This document shows, piece after piece, positions 8,989-18,526 of a stretch of 64,000 nucleotides of DNA. How positions within the stretch are numbered: the first letter of the stretch is position 1; the number at the start of each line of letters is the position of its first letter. Origin of the DNA: Candidatus Latescibacterota bacterium. Its GTDB lineage: Bacteria > Latescibacterota > UBA2968. The position numbers and the translations under genes are program-made. The notes beneath the pieces were generated by a model, which worked only from the letters and a program-made list of their open reading frames with translations, had not been told where the DNA came from and searched no databases. The stretch covers positions 5,472,001-5,536,000 of the forward strand of contig OZ241986.1 in assembly GCA_965204375.1 (NCBI GenBank). Direction: 5' to 3'.

Positions 8989-10779
8989 ATGATATTGCGC
9001 TTTGCACTCGCTGTTTTGTGTTGCGGTGCGCTGCTTGCCGGAGCTACGGCGGAGGCCGGGTTGAAATTGCCCTATAAGAAAGAAGGGCTGAGCAAGGAGC
9101 AGGCGGCAGCGTATCTCTTAGAGCGTTTTGCCTTTGGTCCGCGTCCAGGTGAAGTGGAAAAAGTGGCAAAGATGGGTCCAGAGAAGTGGCTGGCTCTGCA
9201 ATTGAAGGGCAATTTGCCAGATGCCGAGTTGGACAAACGATTGGAAGCGTTCCCCGCACTGAAAATGACGCAGGAAAAGATGGCCGCAGTCTATGTGCAG
9301 AATGGGCGGATTCGCAGAATACTGCAGAGGCAGGGCGTGATTGATGCCGCGAAGATGGAACGCAAAGAGATGAATGAAAAGATAAGCGCGTATCGCAAAG
9401 AGCACGGGTTGCGTTCCTATGGCCTACTTTCCAATCAGGAACTGAAGGGTCAGAAGCTGATGCGGGCGGTGTATAGTGAGAATCAGCTCGCCGAGGTGAT
9501 GACGGATTTCTGGTTTAACCACTTTAACGTGACCACGCGCGATGGTGGGGCGCGCAGTCGTACGCTTTCTTATGAGCGGGATGCGATTCGTCCCAATGTG
9601 TTGGGCAAGTTCCGCGTGATTTTGGGTGCGACGGCGAAGCATCCTGCGATGTTGTATTATCTGGATAATGCGCAGTCGCGTATGGCACCGCCAGAGCAGC
9701 GGCAGCAGGCAAAGCCTGAGCCAAAGAAGGAGGTAGCATCGGGTGAGATGGGGATGGATGGTGGTATGGATGGCGATATGGGTGGTGAGATGGCGAAGGC
9801 TCCTGCAAAGGCTCCCGCTAAGGCGCAGACCCCTCCACAACGCAGGCGCAAGTACGGTTTGAATGAGAATTATGCCCGCGAGTTGATGGAGTTGCATACC
9901 CTGGGTGTAGATGGTGGATACACGCAGCAGGATGTTACGGAAGTCGCGCGTGTGTTGACGGGTTGGGCTGCGGCGCCTTATGGCAATGGGCGAAAAAATA
10001 TCGAAAAGGCAATGGCAAATGGGAATAATAACAACATTCTTCAGGGCGATTTTGTGTTCCGCAAATCCTGGCACGACGACAAGGCCAAGGTGGTGTTGGG
10101 CGAGAAGTTCCCGGCAGGGGGTGGCATAGAAGAGGGCGAGCGCGTTCTGGATATGCTGACCAGTCATCCTTCAACCGCGCGGTTTATTTCGACCAAGTTG
10201 GCGCGTCGGTTTGTAAACGACGCACCGTCAGATGATTTGATTGATGAGATGGCGGAAACCTTTACCAAAACCAATGGGGATATCGCCGCTGTGATGGCTA
10301 CGTTGGCACAATCCCGCGTGTTTTGGGCAGAGGCGAAGAAGCGCAGCAAGATGAAGTCGCCGTTTGAACTGGCGGTGAGTTCTCTTCGCGCATTGGAAGC
10401 CGATGTGAAGAATCCACAGCCGATGATGCGCTGGTTTGATCGCATGGGCGAGCCGCTGTATGGTTATTTGCCGCCTACGGGTTTTCCGGATTATGCCGAG
10501 TCCTGGGCAAATTCGGGTACTTTGATTGCGCGAATGAATTTTGGTATCCATCTGGCCACTGGCCGTATTAACGGGGTGACGTTGAAGCAATTGCCCGAAA
10601 ATAGCGGTTCTCTGACAACGGAAGAGGCATTGGCGATGTATAGCAAGTTGCTGTTGCCCGCGCAGGATACCAGTGCTATTGTGTCAGAGGTCAAAGAGAC
10701 GGTTCCCGCTGATGCCGAACGCAAAGACGTTCAGGTGATCAGTATGTTGCTGGGGTCGCCGGAATTTCAATACCGATAA
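8989..10779 (+). CDS. DUF1800 family protein
   Basis: DFWFNHFNV, HPAMLYYLDN, NENYARELMELHTLG, C-terminal SPEFQYR. Confidence 0.9.
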   Translation: MILRFALAVLCCGALLAGATAEAGLKLPYKKEGLSKEQAAAYLLERFAFGPRPGEVEKVAKMGPEKWLALQLKGNLPDAELDKRLEAFPALKMTQEKMAAVYVQNGRIRRILQRQGVIDAAKMERKEMNEKISAYRKEHGLRSYGLLSNQELKGQKLMRAVYSENQLAEVMTDFWFNHFNVTTRDGGARSRTLSYERDAIRPNVLGKFRVILGATAKHPAMLYYLDNAQSRMAPPEQRQQAKPEPKKEVASGEMGMDGGMDGDMGGEMAKAPAKAPAKAQTPPQRRRKYGLNENYARELMELHTLGVDGGYTQQDVTEVARVLTGWAAAPYGNGRKNIEKAMANGNNNNILQGDFVFRKSWHDDKAKVVLGEKFPAGGGIEEGERVLDMLTSHPSTARFISTKLARRFVNDAPSDDLIDEMAETFTKTNGDIAAVMATLAQSRVFWAEAKKRSKMKSPFELAVSSLRALEADVKNPQPMMRWFDRMGEPLYGYLPPTGFPDYAESWANSGTLIARMNFGIHLATGRINGVTLKQLPENSGSLTTEEALAMYSKLLLPAQDTSAIVSEVKETVPADAERKDVQVISMLLGSPEFQYR

Positions 10780-10799
10780 ATCGGAAAGGAGATAGAGTT

Positions 10800-12065
10800 A
10801 TGGAATGGACGCGAAGAGCATTTATGAAGGGCAGCGGATTGGCATTGTTTTCTGCCTCGTTTGGGGGCACGCCGCTGTTCTTGAGCCGCGCGGCTGATGC
10901 TGCGAATAATCCGCTGGCACACAGTCGTCGCAAAGTGCTGGTGACGATTTTCCAGCGCGGGGCTATGGATGGTTTGATGGCGGTGACGCCATTTAACGAT
11001 TCCGCGCTTTCCGAGGCGCGCCCCAATTTGTTTATGCACCTGACCGATCCGAAAAACGAGCTGACGGATCTGGATGGTCGCTTTGCATTGCATCCTTCTT
11101 TTGCGGAGCTGGCACCGCTATACAAGGAAGGTCGTTTGGCTATCGTACACGGCGTAGGCTCGCCGAATAAGACGCGGTCGCACTTTGACGCCCAGGATTA
11201 CATGGAAAATGGGACGCCTGGTGTGAAAGGTACGCGGACGGGTTGGCTCAATCGGGCTGTGGGTTTGCTCGGTCACGAGGGCACGCCCTTCCGGTCTGTG
11301 GCATTGACCAGAGCGTTGCCGCGCGCATTTTACGGGAAGGAGCCTTCGATTGCAGTGGATGATCTGCGTTCCTTTGGCATTCAGGTGCCGAATAATCCGC
11401 AGGCCGAACAGATGGAGGAAGGGTTTGAGTCGATGTATGCGCGGAGTGCCAAACGCCTGATGCAGAGGGTGAGCCAAGAGAGTTTTGATGCGATTGAGTT
11501 GTTGGAAAAGATCGGTGTGAGGGATTACAAGCCCGTTGAAGGCGCGAACTATCCCAATACGGCATTGGGCCGCAGGATGCAACAGATCGCGTTGTTGATC
11601 AAGTCGGATGTGGGTCTTGAGGTTGCCTTTACCGAGACTGGCGGTTGGGATACGCATGTGCAACAGGGCACAACGACGGGTTCTTTCCAGCGCAGAGCAG
11701 ATGAGATGTCCAAGTCTATCGCGGCATTCTGGACGGATCTGGGTACGTATCAGGACGATGTGGTGCTGATGACGATGACCGAATTTGGTCGCACAGTGCA
11801 TCAGAATGGTTCTCTGGGTACGGACCACGGTCGCGGATCGTGCTTGTTTGTGCTGGGGAATAACGTGGCTGGCGGAAAGGTCCACGGAAATGTGCCAGAG
11901 TTGCTGGTGAAAGATGCGCTCGAAGATCGGCGCGATTTGCCCGTGACGACGGATTTCCGTTCTGTGTTTGCCGATGTGGCGGGTAAGCATCTGAATATCG
12001 AGCGTGCCCACGATATCGCGATGTTCCCGGGTTGGGAAGGTGAGCGGTTTAAGGTGATGACGTAA
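10800..12065 (+). CDS. DUF1501 family protein, Tat-exported
   Basis: TRRAFMK twin-arginine signal; FQRGAMDGL, RSHFDAQ, GGWDTH, TEFGRT, GTDHG. Confidence 0.9.
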   Translation: MEWTRRAFMKGSGLALFSASFGGTPLFLSRAADAANNPLAHSRRKVLVTIFQRGAMDGLMAVTPFNDSALSEARPNLFMHLTDPKNELTDLDGRFALHPSFAELAPLYKEGRLAIVHGVGSPNKTRSHFDAQDYMENGTPGVKGTRTGWLNRAVGLLGHEGTPFRSVALTRALPRAFYGKEPSIAVDDLRSFGIQVPNNPQAEQMEEGFESMYARSAKRLMQRVSQESFDAIELLEKIGVRDYKPVEGANYPNTALGRRMQQIALLIKSDVGLEVAFTETGGWDTHVQQGTTTGSFQRRADEMSKSIAAFWTDLGTYQDDVVLMTMTEFGRTVHQNGSLGTDHGRGSCLFVLGNNVAGGKVHGNVPELLVKDALEDRRDLPVTTDFRSVFADVAGKHLNIERAHDIAMFPGWEGERFKVMT

Positions 12066-12145
12066 AGTCATTATTGACCACTCATTTGAACTGCTGTACT
12101 GACACGTTGTGTTGCGCGTGTGCAGTTTACACCGCTTTACAAAAG

Positions 12146-12183
12146 AAAACTCGAGTGTCGAAGTATGGCACTCGAGTTTTTTT
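12146..12183 (+). terminator. Rho-independent terminator
   Basis: AAAACTCGAGTGTC-GAAGTAT-GGCACTCGAGTTTT plus T tract. Confidence 0.75.
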
Positions 12184-12232
12184 AGGATTGTTTTTCAATA
12201 TTTAGGACACTTTTTTAGCTACAAACGGCACA

Positions 12233-12260
12233 ATCTGTGTCCATCTGCGTTCATCTGTGG
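12233..12260 (-). repeat. Reverse copy of the GCAGATGAAC decamer repeat
   Basis: ATCTGTGTCC ATCTGCGTTC ATCTGTG is the reverse complement of the unit at 16500-16627. Confidence 0.65.
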
Positions 12261-12283
12261 ATGCTTTTTCAAGGAGGTTTTCA

Positions 12284-14086
12284 ATGGTATTGCGTTTTTC
12301 ACTGATTGTTTTGTGCTGTGGTGCCCTGCTTGCAGGGGCTACGGCGGAGGCCGGGTTGAAATTGCCCTATAAAAAAGAAGGGCTGAGTAAGGAGCAGGCT
12401 GCAGCGTATCTCTTAGAGCGTTTTGCCTTTGGTGCGCGGCCAGGTGAGGTGGAAAGAGTGGCAAAGATGGGGCCAGAGAAGTGGCTGGCTCAGCAGTTGA
12501 AGGGCAATTTGCCGGATGCTGAGTTGGAAAAACGCCTGAAGACTTTTCCCGCGTTGTCGATGACGTTGCCCGAGATGTACGACGTTTATGTTCAAAATGG
12601 GCGGCTTCGCAATAGGATGGAAAAGGAAGGGGTGATCGATGACGAAAAGATGCCTCTGAAAGAGATAAATGAAAAAATGAAAGTGTATCGCGAGAAGCAC
12701 GGGTTGCGTGCTTATGGCCTACTTTCCAATCAGGAACTGAAGGGGCAGAAGGTGATGCGGGCTGTGTATAGCGAGAATCAGCTCGCCGAGGTGCTGACGG
12801 ATTTCTGGTTCAATCACTTTAATGTGACCACGCGCGATGGTGGGGCGCGCAGTCGCGTGCTCGCTTATGAGCGGGATGCGATTCGCCCCAATGTGCTGGG
12901 CAATTTCCGCACGATTTTGGGTGCGACGGCAAAGCATCCTGCGATGTTGTATTATCTGGATAATGCACAGTCGCGTATGCCGCCGCCACAGCAGCAGAAT
13001 CAACCCAAGCCTGAGCCTAAAAAGGAGATGGCATCGGGTGAGATGGGGATGGATGGTGGTATGGATGGTGGTATGGATGGCGGTATGATGGGTGGCGAGA
13101 TGGCAAAGGCCCCTCCGAAACCTGTTGCGAAGCCGAAGACGCCTCCAAGACGCAAGTATGGTTTGAATGAGAATTATGCCCGCGAGTTGATGGAGTTGCA
13201 CACCCTCGGTGTGGATGGTGGATACACGCAGCAGGATGTTACGGAGGTTGCGCGCGTGCTGACCGGATGGGGCGCGATGCCTTATGGGAATGGGCGCAAG
13301 AATGTCAATAAGGCAATTGCCAATGGCAATAAAAATCTCGTTCGCGAGGGCGAATTTCTGTTCCGCAATGCCTGGCACGACAAAAAAGCCAAAGTAGTGT
13401 TGGGTGAGAAGTTCCCTGCAGGTGGTGGTCTGGAAGAGGGTGAGCGCGTTCTGGATATGCTGACCAGGCATCCTTCAACCGCGCGGTTTATTTCGACCAA
13501 GCTGGCGCGTCGGTTTGTCAACGATGCACCGTCAGATGATGTGATTGATGAGATGGCCGCGACCTTTACCAAAACCAATGGGGATATCGCTGCTGTGATG
13601 GCTACGCTGGCGCAATCGCGCGTGTTTTGGGCAGAGGCGAAGAAGCGCAGTAAGATGAAGTCGCCGTTTGAACTGGCGGCGAGTTCTCTGCGCGCGCTGG
13701 AAGCGGATATAAGGAATCCACAGCCGATGATGTACTGGTTTGATCGCATGGGCGAGCCGCTGTATGGTTATTTGCCGCCTACGGGTTTTCCGGATTATGC
13801 CGAGTCCTGGGCAAATTCTGGTACGCTGATTGCGCGAATGAATTTCGGTGTGCGTCTGGCTACGAGCAGAATTAGAGGGATTGTGCTGAAGCGTTTGCCC
13901 AGAGAGAGCGAGCACTCGCCCACAACGGAGCAAGCATTGGCGATGTATGGCAAGTTGCTGTTGCCAGCGCAAGATACCAGTGCTATTGCGTCAGAGGTGA
14001 AAGAGACGATCCCAGCAGATGCTAAGCGCAAAGATATACAGGTGGTCAGTATGTTGATCGGATCGCCGGAGTTTCAATACCGGTAG
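12284..14086 (+). CDS. DUF1800 family protein, close paralog of 8989-10779
   Basis: AAGGAGG RBS then ATG 12284; long identical stretches with the first copy. Confidence 0.9.
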   Translation: MVLRFSLIVLCCGALLAGATAEAGLKLPYKKEGLSKEQAAAYLLERFAFGARPGEVERVAKMGPEKWLAQQLKGNLPDAELEKRLKTFPALSMTLPEMYDVYVQNGRLRNRMEKEGVIDDEKMPLKEINEKMKVYREKHGLRAYGLLSNQELKGQKVMRAVYSENQLAEVLTDFWFNHFNVTTRDGGARSRVLAYERDAIRPNVLGNFRTILGATAKHPAMLYYLDNAQSRMPPPQQQNQPKPEPKKEMASGEMGMDGGMDGGMDGGMMGGEMAKAPPKPVAKPKTPPRRKYGLNENYARELMELHTLGVDGGYTQQDVTEVARVLTGWGAMPYGNGRKNVNKAIANGNKNLVREGEFLFRNAWHDKKAKVVLGEKFPAGGGLEEGERVLDMLTRHPSTARFISTKLARRFVNDAPSDDVIDEMAATFTKTNGDIAAVMATLAQSRVFWAEAKKRSKMKSPFELAASSLRALEADIRNPQPMMYWFDRMGEPLYGYLPPTGFPDYAESWANSGTLIARMNFGVRLATSRIRGIVLKRLPRESEHSPTTEQALAMYGKLLLPAQDTSAIASEVKETIPADAKRKDIQVVSMLIGSPEFQYR

Positions 14087-14108
14087 ATATATGCGCTGGT
14101 TTTTAGTG

Positions 14109-14144
14109 AAAAGACTCGAGTGCCCTTCGGCACCCGAGTCTTTT
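14109..14144 (+). terminator. Rho-independent terminator homologous to 12146-12183
   Basis: AAAAGACTCGAGTGCC-CTTC-GGCACCCGAGTCTTTT. Confidence 0.75.
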
Positions 14145-14194
14145 GCGTTTGCAGGATTCTAAATCGGTTGCGCTATTTGTGCTGTAGTATTTGA

Positions 14195-14368
14195 TTATTC
14201 GTAGCGGAGAATATAATGTAGAGGCGTGTGTCCCTGTGTGAACATGACGCCTTCGGCTGCGAGGCGATCTGCATGAGGTGAATGTGCAAAGGAACTGCCC
14301 ATGCAGTTGAGTGTGTCCCATCGCTGGGTGTCTGTTGTGATAAGCAGGAGGTTGGGTTGTTTTGCCAT
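14195..14368 (-). pseudogene. Truncated sulfatase N-terminus (57 aa)
   Basis: Manual translation MAKQPNLLLITTDTQRWDTLNCMG...SPHADRLAAEGVMFTQGHTP, then unrelated residues and a stop just before the expected CxPxR. Confidence 0.8.
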
Positions 14369-14383
14369 GTGTGTTCCTTTTCT

Positions 14384-14408
14384 GTAGGGGCGGGTTTAAA
14401 ACCCGCCC
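14384..14408 (+). repeat. GTAG-type REP element
   Basis: GTAG-GGGCGGGTT-TAA-AACCCGCCC abutting the sulfatase stop codon. Confidence 0.75.
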
Positions 14409-15731
14409 TCAGTACTGGCCCGACAGGTCTGGGACGGTGAATTCGAAGCGTTCCTGGGCGTCTGAAAGCCGTTTTTGCATGTCGGTCACGCGATGGGCAT
14501 AAGAGGGGTCGGCGATGGCGTTGGTGTATTCGTCGGGGTCGTTGACGAGGTCGTAATATTCGTCGCCTTCGCCTTCGCGGATGTAGTGGATGAGTTTTTC
14601 GGTTTGGGTTCTCAAGCAGACCATTGTTGGGAAATAGGGATAGGGCGGGTCTTCGAAGTATTCGAAGAAGAGGTCGTCTCGGGGTAATTCGCCTTCGTCG
14701 GTCAGGAGTGTCCGCAGGGAGTGTCCGTGGTAGTGATCGGGTACGCCTTGGCCCGATACGTCCATGATGGTTGCCGGGATGTCGAGGCTGATTACGTCGG
14801 TGTGTGCTACGCGCCCGGGGTTGGCGATGAGGTCGGGATAGCGCATGAGATAGGGTACGCGGATGGATGGGTCATACATCCAGCGTTTGTCGCCCAGGCC
14901 AAATTCGCCGTGGAAGTAGCCGTGGTCGCTGGTGTGTACGACGAGTGTATTATTGGTTTGTCCAATGGCGTCGATTTTGTCGAGTACCCGGCCCAGGGCA
15001 TCATCTACGCCGCGCACGGTGCGTACGTAGTTGCGCATAAAGGTGTCGTAGCGTTCGTTGTCTTCGAAGTTGTAAGGACGTTCGTGGAGAGTTCTGGCTT
15101 TGCCATCGCGAGACGCGCCCAGGGCATTGGGTTTGGGTAGTTCGTCATCGGAATAGGCATGGGCATGACGCGGTGGCGGGGTGAAGGGTCCGTGAGGGGC
15201 TTTGTACCACAGGCAGATTGCCCAGGGGCGGTCGTCGTCCTGGTCGAGAAATTGCTCGACATAGTCGGCGAGGAGGTCGGTGTTGTATCCCTGGTGTTTG
15301 ACTTCTTCACCGTCGATGATAAAGGTCGGGTCTTCGTAGTCTCCCTGGCCGCGAAAACTGACCCAGCGTTCAAAACCGGGTTTGGGGTCGCCGCCGGGCA
15401 GGTCAATGCCTTCGGTTCCGTAGTGTATTTTTCCACAGAAGCCCGTGCGATATCCCGCTTTTTGCAATTGTTCGGGCCAGGTTATGAGATCGGGGCGAAT
15501 CGGCGCGCGATTGTGTGCTGCCCGGTGGGTGTGAGCATAAACACCGGAAAGATGGCTGGCTCGGCTGGGCGCGCAAAGGGGTATGGCGGTGAAGCCATTG
15601 GCAAAGCGGATGCCTTCACGGGCGAGGCGGTCCATAGCAGGTGTGTCGATGAAGGGATGTCCCGCACATCCCATGCAGTCGTGTCGCTGGTCGTCGCACA
15701 TGGAAAAGAGGATGTTGGGTTGTCTGGTCAT
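14409..15731 (-). CDS. Sulfatase (Cys-type, formylglycine-dependent)
   Basis: PNILFSMCDDQR, CAPSRA (CxPxR), GKIH, KAPH, TSDHG, DKR. Confidence 0.9.
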   Translation of the reverse strand: MTRQPNILFSMCDDQRHDCMGCAGHPFIDTPAMDRLAREGIRFANGFTAIPLCAPSRASHLSGVYAHTHRAAHNRAPIRPDLITWPEQLQKAGYRTGFCGKIHYGTEGIDLPGGDPKPGFERWVSFRGQGDYEDPTFIIDGEEVKHQGYNTDLLADYVEQFLDQDDDRPWAICLWYKAPHGPFTPPPRHAHAYSDDELPKPNALGASRDGKARTLHERPYNFEDNERYDTFMRNYVRTVRGVDDALGRVLDKIDAIGQTNNTLVVHTSDHGYFHGEFGLGDKRWMYDPSIRVPYLMRYPDLIANPGRVAHTDVISLDIPATIMDVSGQGVPDHYHGHSLRTLLTDEGELPRDDLFFEYFEDPPYPYFPTMVCLRTQTEKLIHYIREGEGDEYYDLVNDPDEYTNAIADPSYAHRVTDMQKRLSDAQERFEFTVPDLSGQY

Positions 15732-15755
15732 TATGAGTCTCCGGAAAGGGTTGGT

Positions 15756-16496
15756 ATGTCACTTTTGACTACTGAAGATAAAGCTTTTTTTATGGAAAAT
15801 GGCTATCTCATTCGACACGATATGTTGAGTGAGGGTCAAATTCAAGGGGCGGTCGATACACTTTGGCGTTATATTGAAGCTGATCGTTATGATCCACAGA
15901 CCTGGGTGGATGCCGGGCCGCGGAGTCCAGAGTGTTGGGATCATCCCGCGATTCGCGCGACGCTTTACGAAACGGATTTGTTTGCGATGTGCAGAGAATT
16001 GGCTGGCGATTTGAGCGATGATGCAGATCCTTCGACGATTCTGGTGTATCCGAGTGGCAGCGATGAGTGGGCGATCAAGTTGCCACATCTGGATGGATAT
16101 AACAAGAGCGAGCAAGCAACCGTGGGTTTCGCGATTGGTGTGACGGTTTATCTGAGTGATGTGGCTCCGCGTGGCGGGGGTTTTACACTGTGGCCCGGTA
16201 GTCATAAGACTGTGGCAGAGTTTTTCAAGTCGCATTCCCTGCTGGGTTTCAATATGCATCATCCCGGCGGTATTGTCGAGCGGGATATGACCCGCATTTT
16301 TGATCTGAATGAACCTGTTGAGTTGATCGGGCGAGCCGGGACTGCCTGTATCTGGCACGGGTATATGGTTCACAGCGGTACGTCGAATTGCAGCGATCAG
16401 ATACGGATGGCTCTGGTGAGTCGCATGAGTACAAAAAATTGGGATCTGTTGCAGTTTGAGACGCCGGATGATATGTGGGAGTATTGGGAAGTGTGA
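15756..16496 (+). CDS. PhyH-family Fe(II)/2-oxoglutarate dioxygenase
   Basis: FFMENGYL start, HLD, GGGFTLWPGSH, distal His in MVHSG, R in QIRMA; real start is ATG 15756 within the 445-aa ORF. Confidence 0.85.
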   Translation: MSLLTTEDKAFFMENGYLIRHDMLSEGQIQGAVDTLWRYIEADRYDPQTWVDAGPRSPECWDHPAIRATLYETDLFAMCRELAGDLSDDADPSTILVYPSGSDEWAIKLPHLDGYNKSEQATVGFAIGVTVYLSDVAPRGGGFTLWPGSHKTVAEFFKSHSLLGFNMHHPGGIVERDMTRIFDLNEPVELIGRAGTACIWHGYMVHSGTSNCSDQIRMALVSRMSTKNWDLLQFETPDDMWEYWEV

Positions 16497-16499
16497 TCC

Positions 16500-16627
16500 G
16501 CAGATGAACGCAGATGAACGCAGATGAACGCAGATGAATGCAGATGAGGCAGATGAATGCAGATGAACGCAGATGAACGCAGATGAATGCAGATGAGGCA
16601 GATGAATGCAGATGAACGCAGATGAAA
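16500..16627 (+). repeat. Tandem repeat of GCAGATGAA(C/T), 13 units with 49-bp higher-order period
   Basis: Unit endings C,C,C,T,short,T,C,C,T,short,T,C,A; no spacers. Confidence 0.95.
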
Positions 16628-16686
16628 GGCGATAGGCAAGGGGCTGGGAGATGTAGAGGATCGCGTATCCGTTGAGGAGGAACGTC

Positions 16687-17523
16687 ATGGATTTTGTAAA
16701 ATTGAGCGATGAGCAGCGGGATTTTTTTGATGCGGAAGGGTATCTGGTGGTAGAGGATGTTCTGGGGGCTGAGGAAATTGTGCGGTTGACAGGGATGTGT
16801 GATGCGATGATGGCGTCTTATGATGATAGGGGTAGGGCGTATAAGCAGTTTCGAGACGGGATTGTGGAGGAGCCTGTATTTCGCTCTTTGATTGCACATT
16901 CGGGGACGGTGCCTCTGGTGATTCAGCTTTTGAGTCCAGATATTCATTTGCAGAATACGGCGATTATTTACAAGGATCCAGAGGATGCCGAGACGACGGA
17001 TCCGATGCGTTCCTGGCATCGGGATATTGGGATTACGCAGGAGATCGGGCATGCGTATCAGCCGCGTGTTGGGATTAAGGTGTGTTATTGTTTGACGGAT
17101 TTTCCTGAACCGGATTCGGGGATTACGCGGTTTGCGAGGAGGAGTCATGTGTTGAATGAACCGCTGGGTATTCCGAGAGGCGAGGTCGATCCGCTTGAGG
17201 TGGTGCAGCCCGTGTGTAAGGCGGGTGATGCGCTGTTTTTTGAGAATCGCATTTTTCATACCAAGTCGCCGAATTTGAGCCATCGCACGTCCAGGGTGGT
17301 TATTTTTGGGTATAGTTATAACTGGATTCGGAATGGTTTTTATTTGGGGAATTTAGATGATGACGTGATCGCAGATTTGAGCGATATTGAGAAGCAGCTT
17401 CTGGATGTGCCGTTGAGCGATAATCCCAACTTGAGCGCGAGGGCAAATACGTATCCGCTCACTGATTGGGCAGAGGAACACGGGGTGACGCCGGAGCAGG
17501 TTCCATGGACGGTTGAGGTTTAG
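16687..17523 (+). CDS. PhyH-family dioxygenase
   Basis: FFDAEGYLVV, WHRD, KAGDALFFENRIFH. Confidence 0.85.
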   Translation: MDFVKLSDEQRDFFDAEGYLVVEDVLGAEEIVRLTGMCDAMMASYDDRGRAYKQFRDGIVEEPVFRSLIAHSGTVPLVIQLLSPDIHLQNTAIIYKDPEDAETTDPMRSWHRDIGITQEIGHAYQPRVGIKVCYCLTDFPEPDSGITRFARRSHVLNEPLGIPRGEVDPLEVVQPVCKAGDALFFENRIFHTKSPNLSHRTSRVVIFGYSYNWIRNGFYLGNLDDDVIADLSDIEKQLLDVPLSDNPNLSARANTYPLTDWAEEHGVTPEQVPWTVEV

Positions 17524-17538
17524 AAAGAGGAGGAAGCA

Positions 17539-18459
17539 ATGCGTGTTGGGAAATGGATTTTATGCTTTATTTTGATCGGGACAACAGGTGTATATGCCCA
17601 GGATGCTGAGAGAAAAGGGACGCCGCCTACACTGGAGAATGTGGCGTATGGACCTTATGAGCGCAATGTGCTGGATTTTTGGAGGGCAGAGTCGGATGTA
17701 CCAGCACCTGTTTTGATTTTTATTCACGGGGGTGGGTTTGTCGGTGGCAATAAGAGGAGTGTTCGCGGCAATGTGATTGTTGAGACTTGTTTGGAAAAGG
17801 GCGTTTCATTTGCGGCGATTAACTACAGGTTTAAAAATACCGCGCCCATACAGGATATTTTGCGCGATGCAGCGCGTGCGGTGCAGTTTATCAGGTACAA
17901 TGCCGAGGCGTGGCACGTCGATCCCAAACGCATCGCTTCTTATGGTGGCTCTGCCGGTGCGGGGACTTCGATGTGGCTGGCTTTTCACGATGATCTGGCC
18001 GATCCCGATAGTGAAGATCCCGTGCTTCGCCAGTCTTCGCGCATTGTGGCGGCGGGGTCTCGCAATGGTCAGTTTTCTTATGATATATTTCAATGGGAAT
18101 CTGTGCTCGGTTTGCCTGCTGAGAATTTTTATTCCAGGGATGTCTCGTTTTACGGTCTGGCTACGTTTGATGAGGCTGAGACCGAAAAGGGCAAACAGAT
18201 TCGGGCGGATGTGGATATGCGCGGGTTGATTACAAAAGACGACCCTCCTGTGTTTTTGTTTTGTAGTCAAAGGGGTGGCGTGCCCCAAAATCGCGGTCAT
18301 TATGTTCATCATCCCAAACATTCAATTGCGATCAAAGAGCGGTGCGAGGAGGCTGGTGTTGAGGTGGAGATGTATTTACCGAAGATGGGATCGCCACCGC
18401 CGGGGAATGCGAATCGGGCGATGTTGGCGTTCTTTTTTAAGCATCTGAAGGTTGAGTAG
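17539..18459 (+). CDS. Secreted alpha/beta hydrolase (HGGG-type esterase)
   Basis: Signal peptide; IHGGGF, NYR, GGSAGA nucleophile elbow. Confidence 0.85.
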   Translation: MRVGKWILCFILIGTTGVYAQDAERKGTPPTLENVAYGPYERNVLDFWRAESDVPAPVLIFIHGGGFVGGNKRSVRGNVIVETCLEKGVSFAAINYRFKNTAPIQDILRDAARAVQFIRYNAEAWHVDPKRIASYGGSAGAGTSMWLAFHDDLADPDSEDPVLRQSSRIVAAGSRNGQFSYDIFQWESVLGLPAENFYSRDVSFYGLATFDEAETEKGKQIRADVDMRGLITKDDPPVFLFCSQRGGVPQNRGHYVHHPKHSIAIKERCEEAGVEVEMYLPKMGSPPPGNANRAMLAFFFKHLKVE

Positions 18460-18507
18460 GGGCGGGTTGAACTGCTATCGCAGTTGTACATCGCGCCCAA
18501 CCCGCCC
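18456..18507 (+). repeat. GTAG REP-like element with an internal second hairpin
   Basis: GTAG (its TAG is the hydrolase stop)-GGGCGGGTTG...CAACCCGCCC enclosing AACTGC-TATC-GCAGTT. Confidence 0.7.
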
Positions 18508-18526
18508 ATTTGCACAGGAGGTTGAT

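Noticed and set aside
15159-15755. N-terminal 199 aa of the 445-aa ORF
   Set aside because: Antisense to the sulfatase; PhyH homology starts at ATG 15756
16500-16627. CRISPR array
   Set aside because: Contiguous 9-10 bp units with no spacers, and no cas genes
15759-17283. Minus-strand ORFs with HLRSSAFICV repeats (309 and 344 aa)
   Set aside because: Translation of the tandem repeat plus antisense of PhyH genes
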